Assembly: GCF_006345805.1 (NCBI RefSeq) | Contig: NC_042997.1 | Span: 45,198,001-45,262,000 of the forward strand | DNA from: Octopus sinensis | Taxonomy: Eukaryota | Reading direction: 5' to 3' | DNA length: 64,000 bases | Shown here: piece by piece, positions 13,568 to 26,399 of the stretch | Layout of the letters: each line of letters opens with the position of its first letter | Position numbering within the stretch: position 1 is the first letter of the stretch | Program-made: the position numbers and the translations under genes | The notes under the pieces: generated by a model | The model's database searches: none | What the model was told of the DNA's origin: nothing | Seen by the model: the letters and a program-made list of their open reading frames with translations, nothing else

Positions 13568-14225
13568 CATCATCATCATCATCATTTAGCGTCCGCTTTC
13601 CATGCTAGCATGGGTTGGATGGGTCAACTGGGGTCTGTGAAGCTGGAAGGCTTCGTCAGGCCCAGTCAGATCTGGCAGTGTTTCTACGGCTGGATGCCCT
13701 TCCTAACGCCAACCACTCCGCGAGTGTAGTGGGTGTTTTTTACGTGCCACCTGCACAGGTGCCAGACAGAGCTGGCGAACGGCCACGAACGGATGGTGCT
13801 TTTACGTGTCACCGGCACGGGGCCAGGCGATGCTGGCAACGGACACGAACGGATGGTGCTTTTACGTGCCACCGACATGGGGCCAGACAGAGCTGGCAAA
13901 CGGCCACGAACGGACGGTGCTTTTACGTGTCACCGGCACGGGGCCAGGCGAAGCTGGCAACGAACACGAACGGATGGTGCTTTTACGTGCTACCGTCAGG
14001 GGGGCCAGGCAGAGCTGGCAAACGGCCACGAGTGAATGGTGCTTTTACGTATCACCGGCATGGGTGCCAGACGAGGCTGACAGCGGACACAAACGGATGA
14101 GTCACTCAACCCCTGCTTTCTGATATATGATTTGATTTTGATTGTTCTCACTGGTCTTGCCGGGTCTTCTCACGCACAGCATACTTCCATAGGTCTCGGT
14201 CTCTGGTCATTTCCTTGGTGAGGAA
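13568..14225 (-). mobile_element. RTE LINE 3' end (ORF end, 3'UTR with ~60-bp tandem units, (GAT)n tail); family B
   Basis: The minus strand encodes [24 protein letters not shown], followed by repeats containing ggtggcacgtaaaaagcacc and the end ..acgctaaa(tga)n. Confidence 0.8.
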
Positions 14226-14230
14226 ATTTG

Positions 14231-14262
<32 letters not shown>

Positions 14263-14633
14263 ATATATATATATGTATTTGTATATATATATATATATGT
14301 ATTTCATCATCATCATCGTTTAACGTCCGCTTTCCATGCTAGCATGGCTGGTTCAATTCGATTTCGATTATTCGATTTCGATTATTCGAATTCAAATATA
14401 TATATATATATACAAATACACATATATATGCAAATATATATATATATATATATATATATACAAATACATATATATATATGCAAATATATATATATACACA
14501 AATACATACGTATATATATATATATAGATAAATACATATATATCCAAATACATACATACATATATATATACACACAAATACATACATACATATATATATA
14601 CACACAAATACATACATATATATATACACACAA

Positions 14634-14671
<38 letters not shown>

Positions 14672-14863
14672 TGAGAGAGAGAAAGAGATACACATTCTAA
14701 ATGTCTTTATAGGTGTTATGATTCATGAGCTTTCTTTCATAAACATTTGCATTAAATGCAAAATAAACAACAATTTTATTTTATGAGAAAAAAATGTAGC
14801 ACCAATAAAAGTCAATAAAAGTACATTTATACCTTTTTTTTTATAGAAATTCTTCTTGAGTAC

Positions 14864-14941
14864 CTGATTTAACAGGAATTTTTAAAAATATTTATTGCTT
14901 TTTTTGGTAGTTTATATGTGTTTGGAACCATATAGTATGGA
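14864..14941 (-). pseudogene. Candidate pseudo-exon 10
   Basis: Acceptor ttgtag, donor CAG|gtactc; 78 nt, phase 2->2, PYYMVPNTYKLPKKAINIFKNSC*I(R), one TAA. Confidence 0.35.
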
Positions 14942-15430
14942 CTACAACTATTGAAGTCTCAACTTTGGAAGTTTGAACAAATATGTGAATTGACCCCACA
15001 CATACACACATGCATACATATATCAGTTTAGGAGGACTTACAAATGTCATGACCACTAACTAAAATCCCAACTAAAATTAATAAATTAAGAAATAAGAAA
15101 AAGAAAGCATTTTGGTCAAGTCTGAGTGCTTTTGATCCTAATTCTATTCAAACAAGGCTGACCTGAAGGAACTAGATAATAATAGCATAATATAAAGGTC
15201 ACACAGTTAAGGGTCTTAAAACTAAAATTTAATGTCAAAATTTGTTATTTCATATGAGAATATCATTTCATTTTTTTAAAGTCTGTCTATCTATACTGGC
15301 CTGGCATGGCTTCGATGAGATTTTCTATGGTTGGAAGGTTTGTTTTTCAATTTAAGGAAATATTCCATTTCACTGGAACTCACAAGTTAAAAGCAACTGA
15401 ACAATATTAATTTAGTTTTCTTAGACAATT

Positions 15431-15603
15431 GAGGTGTAGGAGTGGCTGTGCGGTAAGTAGCTTGATTATGAACCATATGGTTCCAGGTTCAGTCCCACTG
15501 CGTGGCACCTTGGGCAAGTGTTTTCTACTATAGCCTCGGGCCGACCAAAGCCTTGTGAGTGGATCTGGTAGACGGAAACTGAAAGAAGCCTGTCGTATAT
15601 ATG

Positions 15604-15634
<31 letters not shown>

Positions 15635-15832
15635 ATGTGTTTGTTCCCCCAACATCGCTTGACAACCAATGCTGGTGTGTTTACATCCCCGTCACTTAGG
15701 GGTTCGGCAAAAGAGAACTGATAGAATAAGTACTAGGCTTACAAAGAATAAGTCCTGGGGTCAATTTGCTCGGCTAAAAGGCAGTGCTCCAGCATGACCA
15801 CAGTCAAATGACTGAAACAAGTAAAAGAGTAA
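15431..15832 (+). mobile_element. SINE family A
   Basis: Full-length copy. Confidence 0.9.
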
Positions 15833-15989
15833 ACGAATGCCACCAATCTGCTGAGATGGTATTAATGAAGACATGTAGAATCAATATTCGTAAACATATA
15901 TGCACACACACACACCCACACAAACACAAACATATAGAACTATACACTTGCACATTCCACCCCTTCCTACTTCTCCCCCAACAACCTGA

Positions 15990-16900
15990 CCGACTTCTAG
16001 TCTACTTCCTGTTCTCCATGTGGTCAATTTCCTGCTCGCCATGCAGTATTTTCCAACTAACTGTTACCCACATACCAGCATCAAACCAGGAGGGCTTGCT
16101 TACTAGGCACATTGGATATAGTGGGACCAGGCACTTGAGTACCCACTGTTCTTGAGGGAACTCTGGAGTAATGATCAGGGAAAATATTTCTTTCTCCTGT
16201 GTGCTATTACCAACCTCTTGACTCCAAATAACCCGTGGAGCAACTCTTCGTACCCTGAAACATATTCTCACCTGATGCTCTAGGGCACTGGATGAAGGCC
16301 AATACAAATCAAGATATTCTTTTATTCTTCTACTTCTTTACTTGTTTCAGTCCTTTGACTGTGGCCATGCAAGAGCGCCACCTTTCCATCAACCAAATCC
16401 ACTCACAAGGCTTTGGTCAGCCCAGGGCTACTTCTTCAAGGTGCCATGTAGTGGGACTGAACCTGAAACCATGTGGTTGGGAAGCAAGCTTCTTACCACA
16501 CAGCCATGTTTGTGCCTGATAAGGTCCTTACAGAAGTTGTTAAATGGTCAGACTTGGGGATACTTAAACTCAAAAAACAGTAGCCATCACCACCCAAATT
16601 ATCAGATTAGTAAGGGAAAGTGACAAAATGGCTAAGGCAAAGGGAACTGTTAAGAGACTCATTTTCTATTTTGCTTCAAGCTTCAGATGGAGAAATGCCA
16701 GCAGACCTGCAGAGTAGTCTCGTCTTTCTGGAGGACATGACAGTAACATCACACCAACCAGACATGTCTCTGCAATTCAGAAATGCAAAAACAATCAATG
16801 TGGCTGAATTCACTGTAACCTGAGAGAACAGACATAATATTTCTCACCAACTGAAGTTAACCAAATATCAAGACTTGATTGATGAGGCTGATGGCTATGT
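15990..16900 (+). mobile_element. HERO/R2-type non-LTR retrotransposon 3' remnant (zinc knuckle plus restriction-like endonuclease), split by a SINE
   Basis: TLKHILT*CSRALDEGQY [SINE 16318-16517] DKVLTEV ... ADL..LVFLEDMTVTSHQPDM..AEFTVT*ENR..SHQLKLTKYQDL, matching the RPD..ELTVPWE..K..KY motif. Confidence 0.75.
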
Positions 16901-17934
16901 GAATCTAGAGGCCATTAGTTTGCATGACTACAAATATGTACGTGTGTATATCTGACTGTTGGTCAAATGTAACACATCTAGTTCTTTATGTCTGTGATAG
17001 CTAATTAAGGCAGTTGATGTTGTTGTACAGGTAGGAATAATATTCATTTTTATTGCTATTTTTTATGCATAAATATGCCTCCTAAAAGATAAGATAGTAA
17101 TCCCAGTAGAGGCAATGTAGCAAAATCTAAACATGTCTAGGAAAAAAATTGAAGCATCACATCAATAAGAGCCTTGTGTGTGGGATATAGTACAAGTTCA
17201 TGAACAGTATATGATGTTAAGAAATAGGAAAAATAACATTTTTTGCTGACACCAGAAGAAAGAAGGTTATCAGGAAAAAAAGGAAAAAAATCATAAAAAG
17301 ATAATACCCAATTTTTATTTAGACTGCATATAGAAAGAAAAATATATTCTGGAAGTGGATTTGCAGTAAAAGTTAAGGAAAAAAAAAAAGACAGCTTTTT
17401 TATTCATAACTTTTGGGTAATGTTTTATGATTATCAGTAGACCAATTTGTTTTCGCATTTTCTACTAATCTACTTATTTTTGTATCACCGTACAAGACTA
17501 GCACTTTGTAATAAAGAAGTCAGGTAAACATGAGTTAGGTTTATGCCTATGTAAGTTGCATCAGCATCAATAATATAATGTAGACATTGGTTTACCATTT
17601 TTTTTCTTTTACTTGAAGTTCAACTAGTTTGGAAAATCTGCTATTCTGATCCCTGTCTAGTCTCAAGTTTGCTGGATTAGTGAAGGTTCTATTAATGTGT
17701 GTGTGTGTGTGTATGTGTCTGCAAGCATGTATGTATGTATGAAGAAAGAGAGAAAGAGAATTAGACTATTTAATACCCATTAATATAAGCAAATAGAAAA
17801 TATAAATATACAATAAAGTAAAGTGATGTTTTAAAAGTTAAAACTTCACAAATCATTACTCCAATTTTCTTGTTATCTCTGGACATGGACAATAATATGT
17901 GTGTGTGTGTGTATATAATATATATATGGGGGTG

Positions 17935-18181
17935 GTCTGGCACCAACTGATCGTGGCTGATGCGAGACACCCCCCCCTGGCACCTGTGCAGGTGGCACGT
18001 AAAAAGCACCCACTACACTCGCGGAGTGGTTGGCATTAGGAAGGGCATCCAGCTGTAGAAACACTGCCAGATCAGACTGGAGCCTGGTGCAGCCCTGGCT
18101 TCCCAGACTCCAGTCGAACCGTCCAACCCATGCTAGCGCAGAAAGCGAACGTTAAACGATGATGATGATGATGATGATGAT
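17935..18181 (+). mobile_element. Family B copy
   Basis: Same core and (GAT)n tail. Confidence 0.85.
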
Positions 18182-19006
18182 ATATATATATTTTCTCTCT
18201 AGTTTCAGCTCAGAGCTGCGGCCATGCTGATGCACCGTGGTTAAAATATATACATATATGAGTGTGTGTGTGTGTATGTATAAAAAAAAGTATATATATA
18301 TATATATATACACACACGCAGATATACATACATACACACACACATACTTAAGTATACAAATGAAAGAAAAGAGCACTCAACATGTGAGTCAAATACTTGT
18401 ATAAATACTTGTATTTACAGCTTGATTCAGAATTGCATTATCTGAAGTTACACAGCTGCTGAAACTCCGTTGGTTAAATTCTAAGCCATTAGCTGTTAAC
18501 TCTATTCCATAAATTTTACTCTGAATATTGCTATGGCCAGCCATATTCCTTAACAAGCAAACTGAAGAAAACTGTCATCTTACTGTCACCAACAGCACTT
18601 TTTGGCGGCTAACAGCAAGCCATTAGCTGTTAATACTATTCCATAAACTTAACAGAAATTTTCTAATTTTACAGGAATTCCTAACCAAAGCAAGCAAGAT
18701 TGCTTCCGTTCATAATGCTAGATTTGACATCCATTCAGTTGCAGTCGGTAGCCACTAATATACTAATTTCACTGTGAGACCCAAGTCAGCCAATGAGAAT
18801 CAGCCTTATTTGAAAGTTGTGAATGCTTCACCATTCAGAATTAAGCATCCAAATGAGGTTTTCTTTTTGTGCCTGTGAATTCTGAACCAAGCTAAAAGAT
18901 AGGGGTTAGGCAATTTGTTGGAACCAGGGTTCACTCAATGCTAAGGATTCTTGGGTTAGCTGTGAAGGAAACAAATGATGTCAGAAAATTGTCAGAAGCC
19001 AGTACA

Positions 19007-19410
19007 TTTACTCTTTTACTTGTTTCAGTCATTCGACTGCGGCCATGCTGGAGCACCGCCTTTAATCGAGCAACTCGACCCTGGGACTTATTCTTTTGTA
19101 AGCCCAGTACTTATTCTATCTCTTTTGCCGAAACGCTAAGTAACGGGGACATAAACACACCAGCATCAGTTGTCAAGCAATGCTAGGGGGACAAACACAG
19201 ACGCACAAACACACACATGCATATATATGTATATATATATATATACATATATACGACGGGCTTCTTTCAGTTTCCGTCTACCAAATCCACTCATAAGGCT
19301 TTGGTCAGCCCGAGGCTATAGTAGAAGACACTTGCTCAAGGTGCCACGCAGTGGGACTGAACCCAGAACCATGTGGTTGGTAAACAAGCTACTTACCACA
19401 CAGCCACTCC
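19007..19410 (-). mobile_element. SINE family A
   Basis: Near full-length copy. Confidence 0.9.
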
Positions 19411-19719
19411 AGTGGTTCAAGAAAGAGGACGAGTGCTGTGGCAATAACAAGCTCTGAGGATGGTAGAAACATATAGCCCAAAGTTACAACAGCTGACTTG
19501 ACAAAGTTTGTGCTGTTGTGTGGGAATTTTGTTTCCTATATTGACCCTGTGCAGTTCTGGCGCCAATGTGGAAGGGGCCCAAAAACCTACAGAGCTGCTT
19601 CATTACCCGATGAAACACTGATTTCTATATTTGGAGATAGCGTATATAAGCATTCTCAGCAACAGAAGTGTTTACCATAAAATATAGACAAATAATGGTA
19701 TCAAAATGGTCATGAATCA

Positions 19720-20330
19720 GGTCTTTCAAAAAAGGCTACATAAGTAGTTCAGTAAGAAATTTATTTCACATATTATTTATATTTGGGTAGTATTCTCTTT
19801 AAGATAGTCCCCTTGGGAACTGGAGGACAATCTTTTAAACAACATGAGCTTGTGAAGGTTTTCTGTCAAACTCTCTTGGAAGACTCCATAACTGATTCTA
19901 GTTGTCTGTGTGTGAGTGAGGTTGAGAGAGCTGATGGATTGATCAATGGCAGTCACCATGTATCAGTTCACAAGTTTTTGCAAGCAGCTGGTCACCATGA
20001 ATTCTCATACTTTTGAACAAACACTGTATTAGCTTCAAAATGAGCATGCCCTACCCCCTTCCACCCACCAAAAATAAGTCTTTGATTAAAAGAAAGTTCA
20101 GCAAATGTCTTATGAAGTGCTTCAGAGGTCTCAGCAGCAGATTAATAGAACATTGTGCAAAATTTGATGCAGGCACATTGCTCAGATTTTGTCCACCTTC
20201 ATAAAAATTGCAGAGCCATTCTAACACAGTTATATAAAATCTTGCGTGATAGTTGAACATGAATGATAGTACAAAGCCTATTTGTACGATGAGTCACAAG
20301 GCTTGTTACAAATGATCATCAACACATGCA
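19720..20330 (-). mobile_element. Degenerate, internally deleted mariner remnant
   Basis: Minus-strand fragments like QCACIKFC..SAAETSEALHKTF and ISYGVFQESLTENL match a mariner N-terminal HTH region. Ends poorly defined. Confidence 0.6.
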
Positions 20331-20800
20331 TTTTCATTGTTCAGTACAATCACAGCACGTGCACTTTGGAAATGTTCTGATAACACACACATGTGTATGT
20401 GTGTGCATATTTATGTGTGTACTTGCATGCGTGTAGATACATACACACACACACACACACGTGTGCGTATATATATACATATACATATACATACACACAC
20501 ATATGTATGTGTGCATGTGTGTGTATGTATATGTGCATATAATGGTCTCCTGTACATTTCCTTTCCACCAAATTTCACTGTCAAACGATTGGCCAACTCA
20601 TGGCTACAGCAGAAGATATTCAACCAAATTGCCACGCATTAGGATGGAACCTAAAACCATGGCATTGCAAAGTGAAATTCTTAACCATTGTCATCTTTCC
20701 ATGCTGCTAAACTCAGATAGTAGAACAAGACAAATGACATGAACATAAATAATACCATTAGCAACATGAATTAAATTTAATTTGAAATATGGTAGACAGA

Positions 20801-20835
<35 letters not shown>

Positions 20836-21804
20836 GACTAGACAGATAAAAAGACTGCCGGAAACAAAGCAGAGACATACATTCAGACAGACAGACTGAT
20901 ATTCAAGATAGAGTGGTTTTGCTGGCTAGCCAACAAGTAATATATGGCAGGTGTCATATTTTTTCATTGCCAGTTCCTATCTTCTAAACTTTGCTGAAGT
21001 AGGTTTCCAACTGAAATCAAGATACAATAACAAAAGATGTGTCAGAATAAATGAAGCAATTTCAAGTAATAAGAAGTCACTGTCACTCCGGCTTTCATTA
21101 TTTTTTTATTGCTGGCAAACATTATATTGCTTTCTGTAATTCAAAATGAATATTTAATTAGTAACAATTAATGCGAATATGTTACCATCTTGGTAATTAG
21201 TTGACAGGTCTTTCTTAATTTCTATTCTTTGTTAGAGGTTATGGCGATAATAATCATAGTAACAACCATAACAACAAAAACAGCTTTTTCTAATTTAGGC
21301 ACAAGGCCATCAATTGGTTAGTTAATTATCAGTACTACAGATGAAAATTTTCTTGTTTGAAAAGTGTACCAGACTTTTGGGAACCTCTTTTATTCTGTAC
21401 TAGAAATACCTCTTCTACCCCCTCTGCCTATTACTAACTAGTAATAATAATAATAATAATAATCCTTTCTACTATATGCACAAGGCCTGCAATTTGGGGG
21501 AAGGGGGCTGGTCAATTCCATCAACCCCACCAGTACTTGACAGGTACTTATTTTATTGATCCTGAAAGGATGAAATGCAAAGTGGACCTTGGCAAAAGAA
21601 TTTGATATCTGAATGAAAAGTGAAACTAAATGCTATTAAGCATTTTTTCCAATATGCTAACAATTTTTCCAGCTCACCACCTTACTACTAACAATAATAA
21701 TAATCATAGTGAAATATTAGTAGTTTCCTATGTTATATAACCCTACTTAAGCAATTATTTATTTCAAACATTAAAAATAACAGTATTAAAATCCATCTAT
21801 CTAC

Positions 21805-22128
21805 CTACAAACATGTAAGATGTAATCAAATTAACCATAGGTGCTAGGATTATTTTCAGTCAATAAAAGTACTTCTTCCATTGGGTAGTAAGCGAAAAGG
21901 TTTACGTCAAAATCTATATAGTCGAATAATTCCAAAGTTGAGTCAAACCTACAGTCACACTGTTGTTTTGTCTCCTTTTACTTAAATTTAGTTCCAATTG
22001 CTAAAGAAAAATAAAAGTTTCTTGATTATGTCATTAAGTATAAGGTTTCTAAGTTATATAGCAGACAGGATATTGGAAATTGTTTTGTCTGTACTTTTTT
22101 CCCAAAGGTATTAGCAGAGTAATTTCTA
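21805..22128 (-). pseudogene. Candidate pseudo-exon 9
   Basis: Acceptor ttttgtttccttag, donor TAG|gtagat; 324 nt, phase 2->2. A single frame reads RNYSANTFGKKVQTKQFPISCLLYNLETLYLMT*SRNFYFSLAIGTKFK*KETKQQCDCRFDSTLELFDYIDFDVNLFAYYPMEEVLLLTENNPSTYG*FDYILHVC (3 TAA). Confidence 0.6.
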
Positions 22129-23341
22129 CTAAGGAAACAAAATTTGGCAATGGGCTTCACTCATTTAGAAATTAATACCAGATGAAGCAACAAAAAGACA
22201 AAGAAGGAAGACAGTAATAATTTCTTATAATTAAGTCTGAAGCCCTCAGCAAATGAGAGTTACTTGATTGAGGAAAATGAAAAAAGCACTCAATTTGGAC
22301 TGTGAGCTTTCAAAAACTATGTTTTAAAATAGCTTATGAGCTGCTAAAGCTTTCTATAAATGACAAAGACAAATATTGGCTATTAAAATCGGTAGAATAT
22401 CAGAAATTTTTATACTAAGTTTAATTGCTGGTATTTATATTACTGGCTCGGACTTGAGGCATGAAGGGTAGAGTCAACTTTAATGGGATCTGAACCCTGA
22501 ACATAAAGAAATGAAAACCAAAATACTAAAAAAAAAAATACAACTGTTTTAATTTAACTTTTTACCATTTTAGTAGCTTTATTTCATTTTCCTAATAGTA
22601 ATTATTAAGCAAATATAATAACAAACATAATTATTTTTATATCACTGCAAACACCCTCAACTGTTTTAAAGAAAGGTAATATTTCTTCATAGTCTGGCAG
22701 GTATTCACAGAAGAAAGGGAACAAAGGACACGGTTTGCATGACAGAGTCATAAACACTCACACAACCATGAATACACACACACACACACACAAATACATA
22801 TGATGGGCTTCTTTCAGTTTCCATCAACTAAATCCACTCACATGGCTTTTATTGGCCTGGTGCTATATTAGGAGACACTTGATTGAGGTGCCGTGTAACG
22901 GGACTGAACCTGTAATCATGTGGTTGGGAAGTGCAACGCAATTACATTTACATCTCAATGAACTCTAAGATTTACAACAGAGGAGAGAAATGAGAGATGA
23001 TGACCCTAATGCCCTTCCTACAGGCATTAATGATATTAACAAAGCAGTTCAATCCAGAAAGAGAACAAGGCCCAGAAATAGGACCAGCTGATAATTAATA
23101 CTTCATCACATAAACAAGTAATGGTATTGTTTAATTAGTTTGATGGTTTCAAATTAATGAGAGAGGACAAGGGCTAAGCTGCTATGTTTGTGCATCTACC
23201 AAAATGAAAATAAAGGAATAAAAAGTAGAAGAGCAAAGGGCATCAGCAACACAAAACACCAAAACGAGAACTATGCTCTGGATTTAGTGGTTAGGAGAAT
23301 TAAACCATTTGTCTGTTTCTCACAGATATTAGAGACATTAA

Positions 23342-23548
23342 CCATTTTGTTACCATATTTCTGTTGAAATTCAGTGCTTTTGTTTCAGTTAATTTTTAAA
23401 AGAATAAAGAATTTACTTAAAATAACTGTCATTATAAAGCTTTGTTTGAAACGTAAATTAACATATTTCGAAGGAGGACCTTGATTTAGATCACTTTAAG
23501 ACATGAAGTTTGTATCACAAAACCATAGGCAAGTAAATATTGAAAAGG
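23342..23548. mobile_element. piggyBac-like MITE (diverged)
   Basis: TTAA|ccattttg ... gaaaagg|TTAA, about 207 bp. Confidence 0.5.
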
Positions 23549-24014
23549 TTAAACGAACTGAAATATTTCAACAATTGTCAATCAATATTTATTTACTGGT
23601 TCATACACTTGAATATTTGTAACATACTAATAACATTAATTTCTTCTGATTAGGCAGTAAAACAACTGTCAAAGAGAAGAGTAGTCTACTGAATCAACTG
23701 CCAAAACATTACTTCCAAAGCATTTTATCAACCTTAAAGAAACAAAGTTTATTCAGGTTAGATTTGAACTTGGACATAAGAGGTCACAAATTAAATAGCA
23801 AAACGTATAATCTCGTCTACACTCCACCATCCATGTCTATGTGCTCAAAATGTGTAGGATATAAACAATGGAACGGTAAGTTTTTTTTAATGTCTATATA
23901 GACATTCATAACAGAAGAGAAATTATAGATAGAGCTTATAATCAAGGATTAACACTAGCTTATAGACTTGATGTATCTGTGTGTAGCTTCTCTTTAATTT
24001 ATAGTGTTCAATAA

Positions 24015-24449
24015 CTGTTTCCTACACAAACATGTAACCAGAGATTTATAGGACGAGTGAATATAGGAAATTATGTTTATCAACTATAGTAACATCAGCT
24101 ACTTTAGAAGTACTTGAAAAGATGCAGGAGAAAATAAATGTCTTTCTATACTAAGCTTGTCTATAAAAGATCTGTATTGACTAGGAATATTTAATGTTGA
24201 CTGAGAAATTAAATAAATAGAGAAGAAGAAGAACAATGACTGCTTCCTACACAAACATGTAACCAGGGATTCATAGGAGGAGGGCGAATATGGGAAATTG
24301 TTATGCTCATTAACAATAATAGTAATATCAGCTACTTTAACAGAACAAAATGCAGAGAAAATAAATTTATTTTCTCTCTAAAGCTTGTCTATAAAAGCTC
24401 TGTAATGTCTAGTGATATTTAATATTGACTGAGAAATTAAATAGAGAAC
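24015..24449 (+). repeat. Old tandem duplication, ~225-bp unit
   Basis: ttcctacacaaacatgtaaccag..aagcttgtctataaaag..ttgactgagaaattaaata occurs twice. Confidence 0.85.
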
Positions 24450-24546
24450 AAAAACAACAGAATATCTATACATGCACAAATTACAGAATGGTATGAGAAT
24501 TTATAATATTCATCTGAATTAAGATATTTTCTCCTAGTTTCATTAC

Positions 24547-24797
24547 CATTTTATGAGGGTTACAAGAGATTGGATCAGAAGATAGAATTTGTACATTTTA
24601 TTTAAATTAACCATGCTAAGATAAAAGGCTGAGTTAACCATGGCGTAAAATTTTCCCAGAACAATGTGATCTGGGGAGACGTTGAAGGGAAATAGATTGT
24701 AAATCTCGTCTAGTTCATTTGTTCTACTTTCGTTGCATCTATCACCAAACCAGTACTGCAGTGAATGAAGCTTAACTGGTAATGTTTTATTGGACAT
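24547..24797 (-). pseudogene. Candidate pseudo-exon 8
   Basis: Acceptor ttttattgttaag, donor ATG|gtaatg; 251 nt fully open (ORF 24543..24797, MSNKTLPVKLHSLQYWFGDRCNESR...), phase 0->2. Confidence 0.6.
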
Positions 24798-25424
24798 CTT
24801 AACAATAAAACCTAATGCACTAATATATCACAGTCACTTGCATAAAAAATGTAGATATAGCAGTAAATGTGCATGTGTGTATGTATGTTGAAATATATGC
24901 GGGAAAGTGAGTAATTAGCAGAATCATATAAAAATATGTGATAGTAATTATGTATGCTGGTGAATTATAAACTCTTCACTGCCAACATAAAAATCACTTC
25001 CAAATGAACCATTGAAGAATACAAGAGAGCAAAAGTAAGACTTACTCAATGACCATCATTATTTTATTATATTTTTTTCATGACAATAAATGTTCATTTT
25101 TATCACACTAATATCTAAAATGATGTCAAATGGTTAAAATGATGGGAGAAGGAAGATGATGTATTGGAGGATAAGGTACTGTAGATACTTGATCAGCCAA
25201 GAGTTCAAGCCTGGTAAGATTTCACTGCATTGCACAGTAGTTAGCTGCCTAAGTTGCAGCTAGCTATCAAAAATATGCATAATATCATTCTGGAATGTTT
25301 GACCACAGACTTGAGCTCATAATAATCTTAGTTAACCTTGTCTTGAATCCACATTGGATATGGCTATGGGTATGTTTATGAAGACTGATGTGAAACAGAC
25401 TATTCAATGTTAAACTAATCCTAC

Positions 25425-25858
25425 ACATGCATTCTTAGCTGTGAAGTGTTTTCTCAATGAAACAATAGCAAGTAGTGTTGCCCATTGGAGATTGATACGT
25501 AAAATTTTGAGTTTGAGAATATAGCCCAAAGCAACAACAGAAAAAAAAAGGGCAGTATAGTTGATATACAACATATATTTTGTGTGTTTCTTAAATGGCT
25601 TACAAACACCTTCCACACTGCAATTGTTTTCGTTCCACCACACGATCTCAGATAAAATCACTTGCTATGCGAGTACATCTCCGTAATATATTAGAAGTTT
25701 ACTTTATAATTGTGAGGTCTTAAGTTTGCACTATGTGACATTTTGGGCATAGACTCCAATCAAGCCGAGACATGAGTAAAAGATTGTGTAGCGAGAAACT
25801 GTGTTAAATAGACTGTCCCTGTAGTTTAAAGGTCCACCCAGGATTCATATTTTTCATC
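25425..25858 (-). pseudogene. Candidate pseudo-exon 7
   Basis: One frame with 5 stops: *KI*ILGGPLNYRDSLFNTVSRYTIFYSCLGLIGVYAQNVT*...IVWWNENNC...FFSVVALG...FTAKNAC. Donor TGT|gtagga, phase 0. 5' end uncertain because a SINE abuts it at 25863. Confidence 0.5.
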
Positions 25859-25862
25859 CTGA

Positions 25863-26260
25863 TTTATCTTTTATGGTTTACTCGTTTAGTCATTAGATTG
25901 GACAAGATGAGGACCGTCAGTAAGTGTTTAACTGAATAAATCCACCCCAGGACATATTTTTTTATAGCTGGGTACTTATTCTTTTGGTCTTTTGTTTTTT
26001 GCCTAACAGCTAAGTTATGGATATGTAAAAAAAAAAAACCAACACCAGCTGTCAAATGGTGGTGGGGGACAAACAAACACACACATACAATCTATATACA
26101 CATGACAAGCTGCTTTCAGTTTCCATCAAATAAATCCATTTACAAGGCTTTGGTTGACTTGGGGCTATAGCAGAAGACACTTTGCCAAGGTGTCATAGAG
26201 TGGGACTGAACCCAAAACCATGTAGGTGGAAAGCAAATTTCTTACACAGTCATACCTGTG
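25863..26260 (-). mobile_element. SINE family A (older)
   Basis: Diverged copy abutting pseudo-exon 7. Confidence 0.8.
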
Positions 26261-26399
26261 AATAAGGGCACATATGGTTGCAGGATATTCAGTCACTTCT
26301 ACACTACTACAAACAGTAGGTGGTAAAATTAATCAACTAGAATACTCATTATTAAAACCAATACAAGATACATTTACATTATTAGTTGTGACTTTATAG

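Noticed and set aside
10376-14700. Many long Ile/Tyr/His/Cys-rich ORFs (also at 35.8-36.7, 53.5-54.2, 58.1-58.4 and 61.2-61.5 kb)
   Set aside because: Translations of (TA)n/(CA)n microsatellites, which lack stop codons; not genes.
18675-18750. Plus-strand exon candidate (ttttacag|EFLTKASKIASV..)
   Set aside because: No partner exons or recognisable homology; expected by chance in AT-rich DNA.
22005-22045. NDIIKK match to recalled CATSPERB DDIIKK
   Set aside because: It lies in a different frame from the long ungapped match; treated as coincidence.
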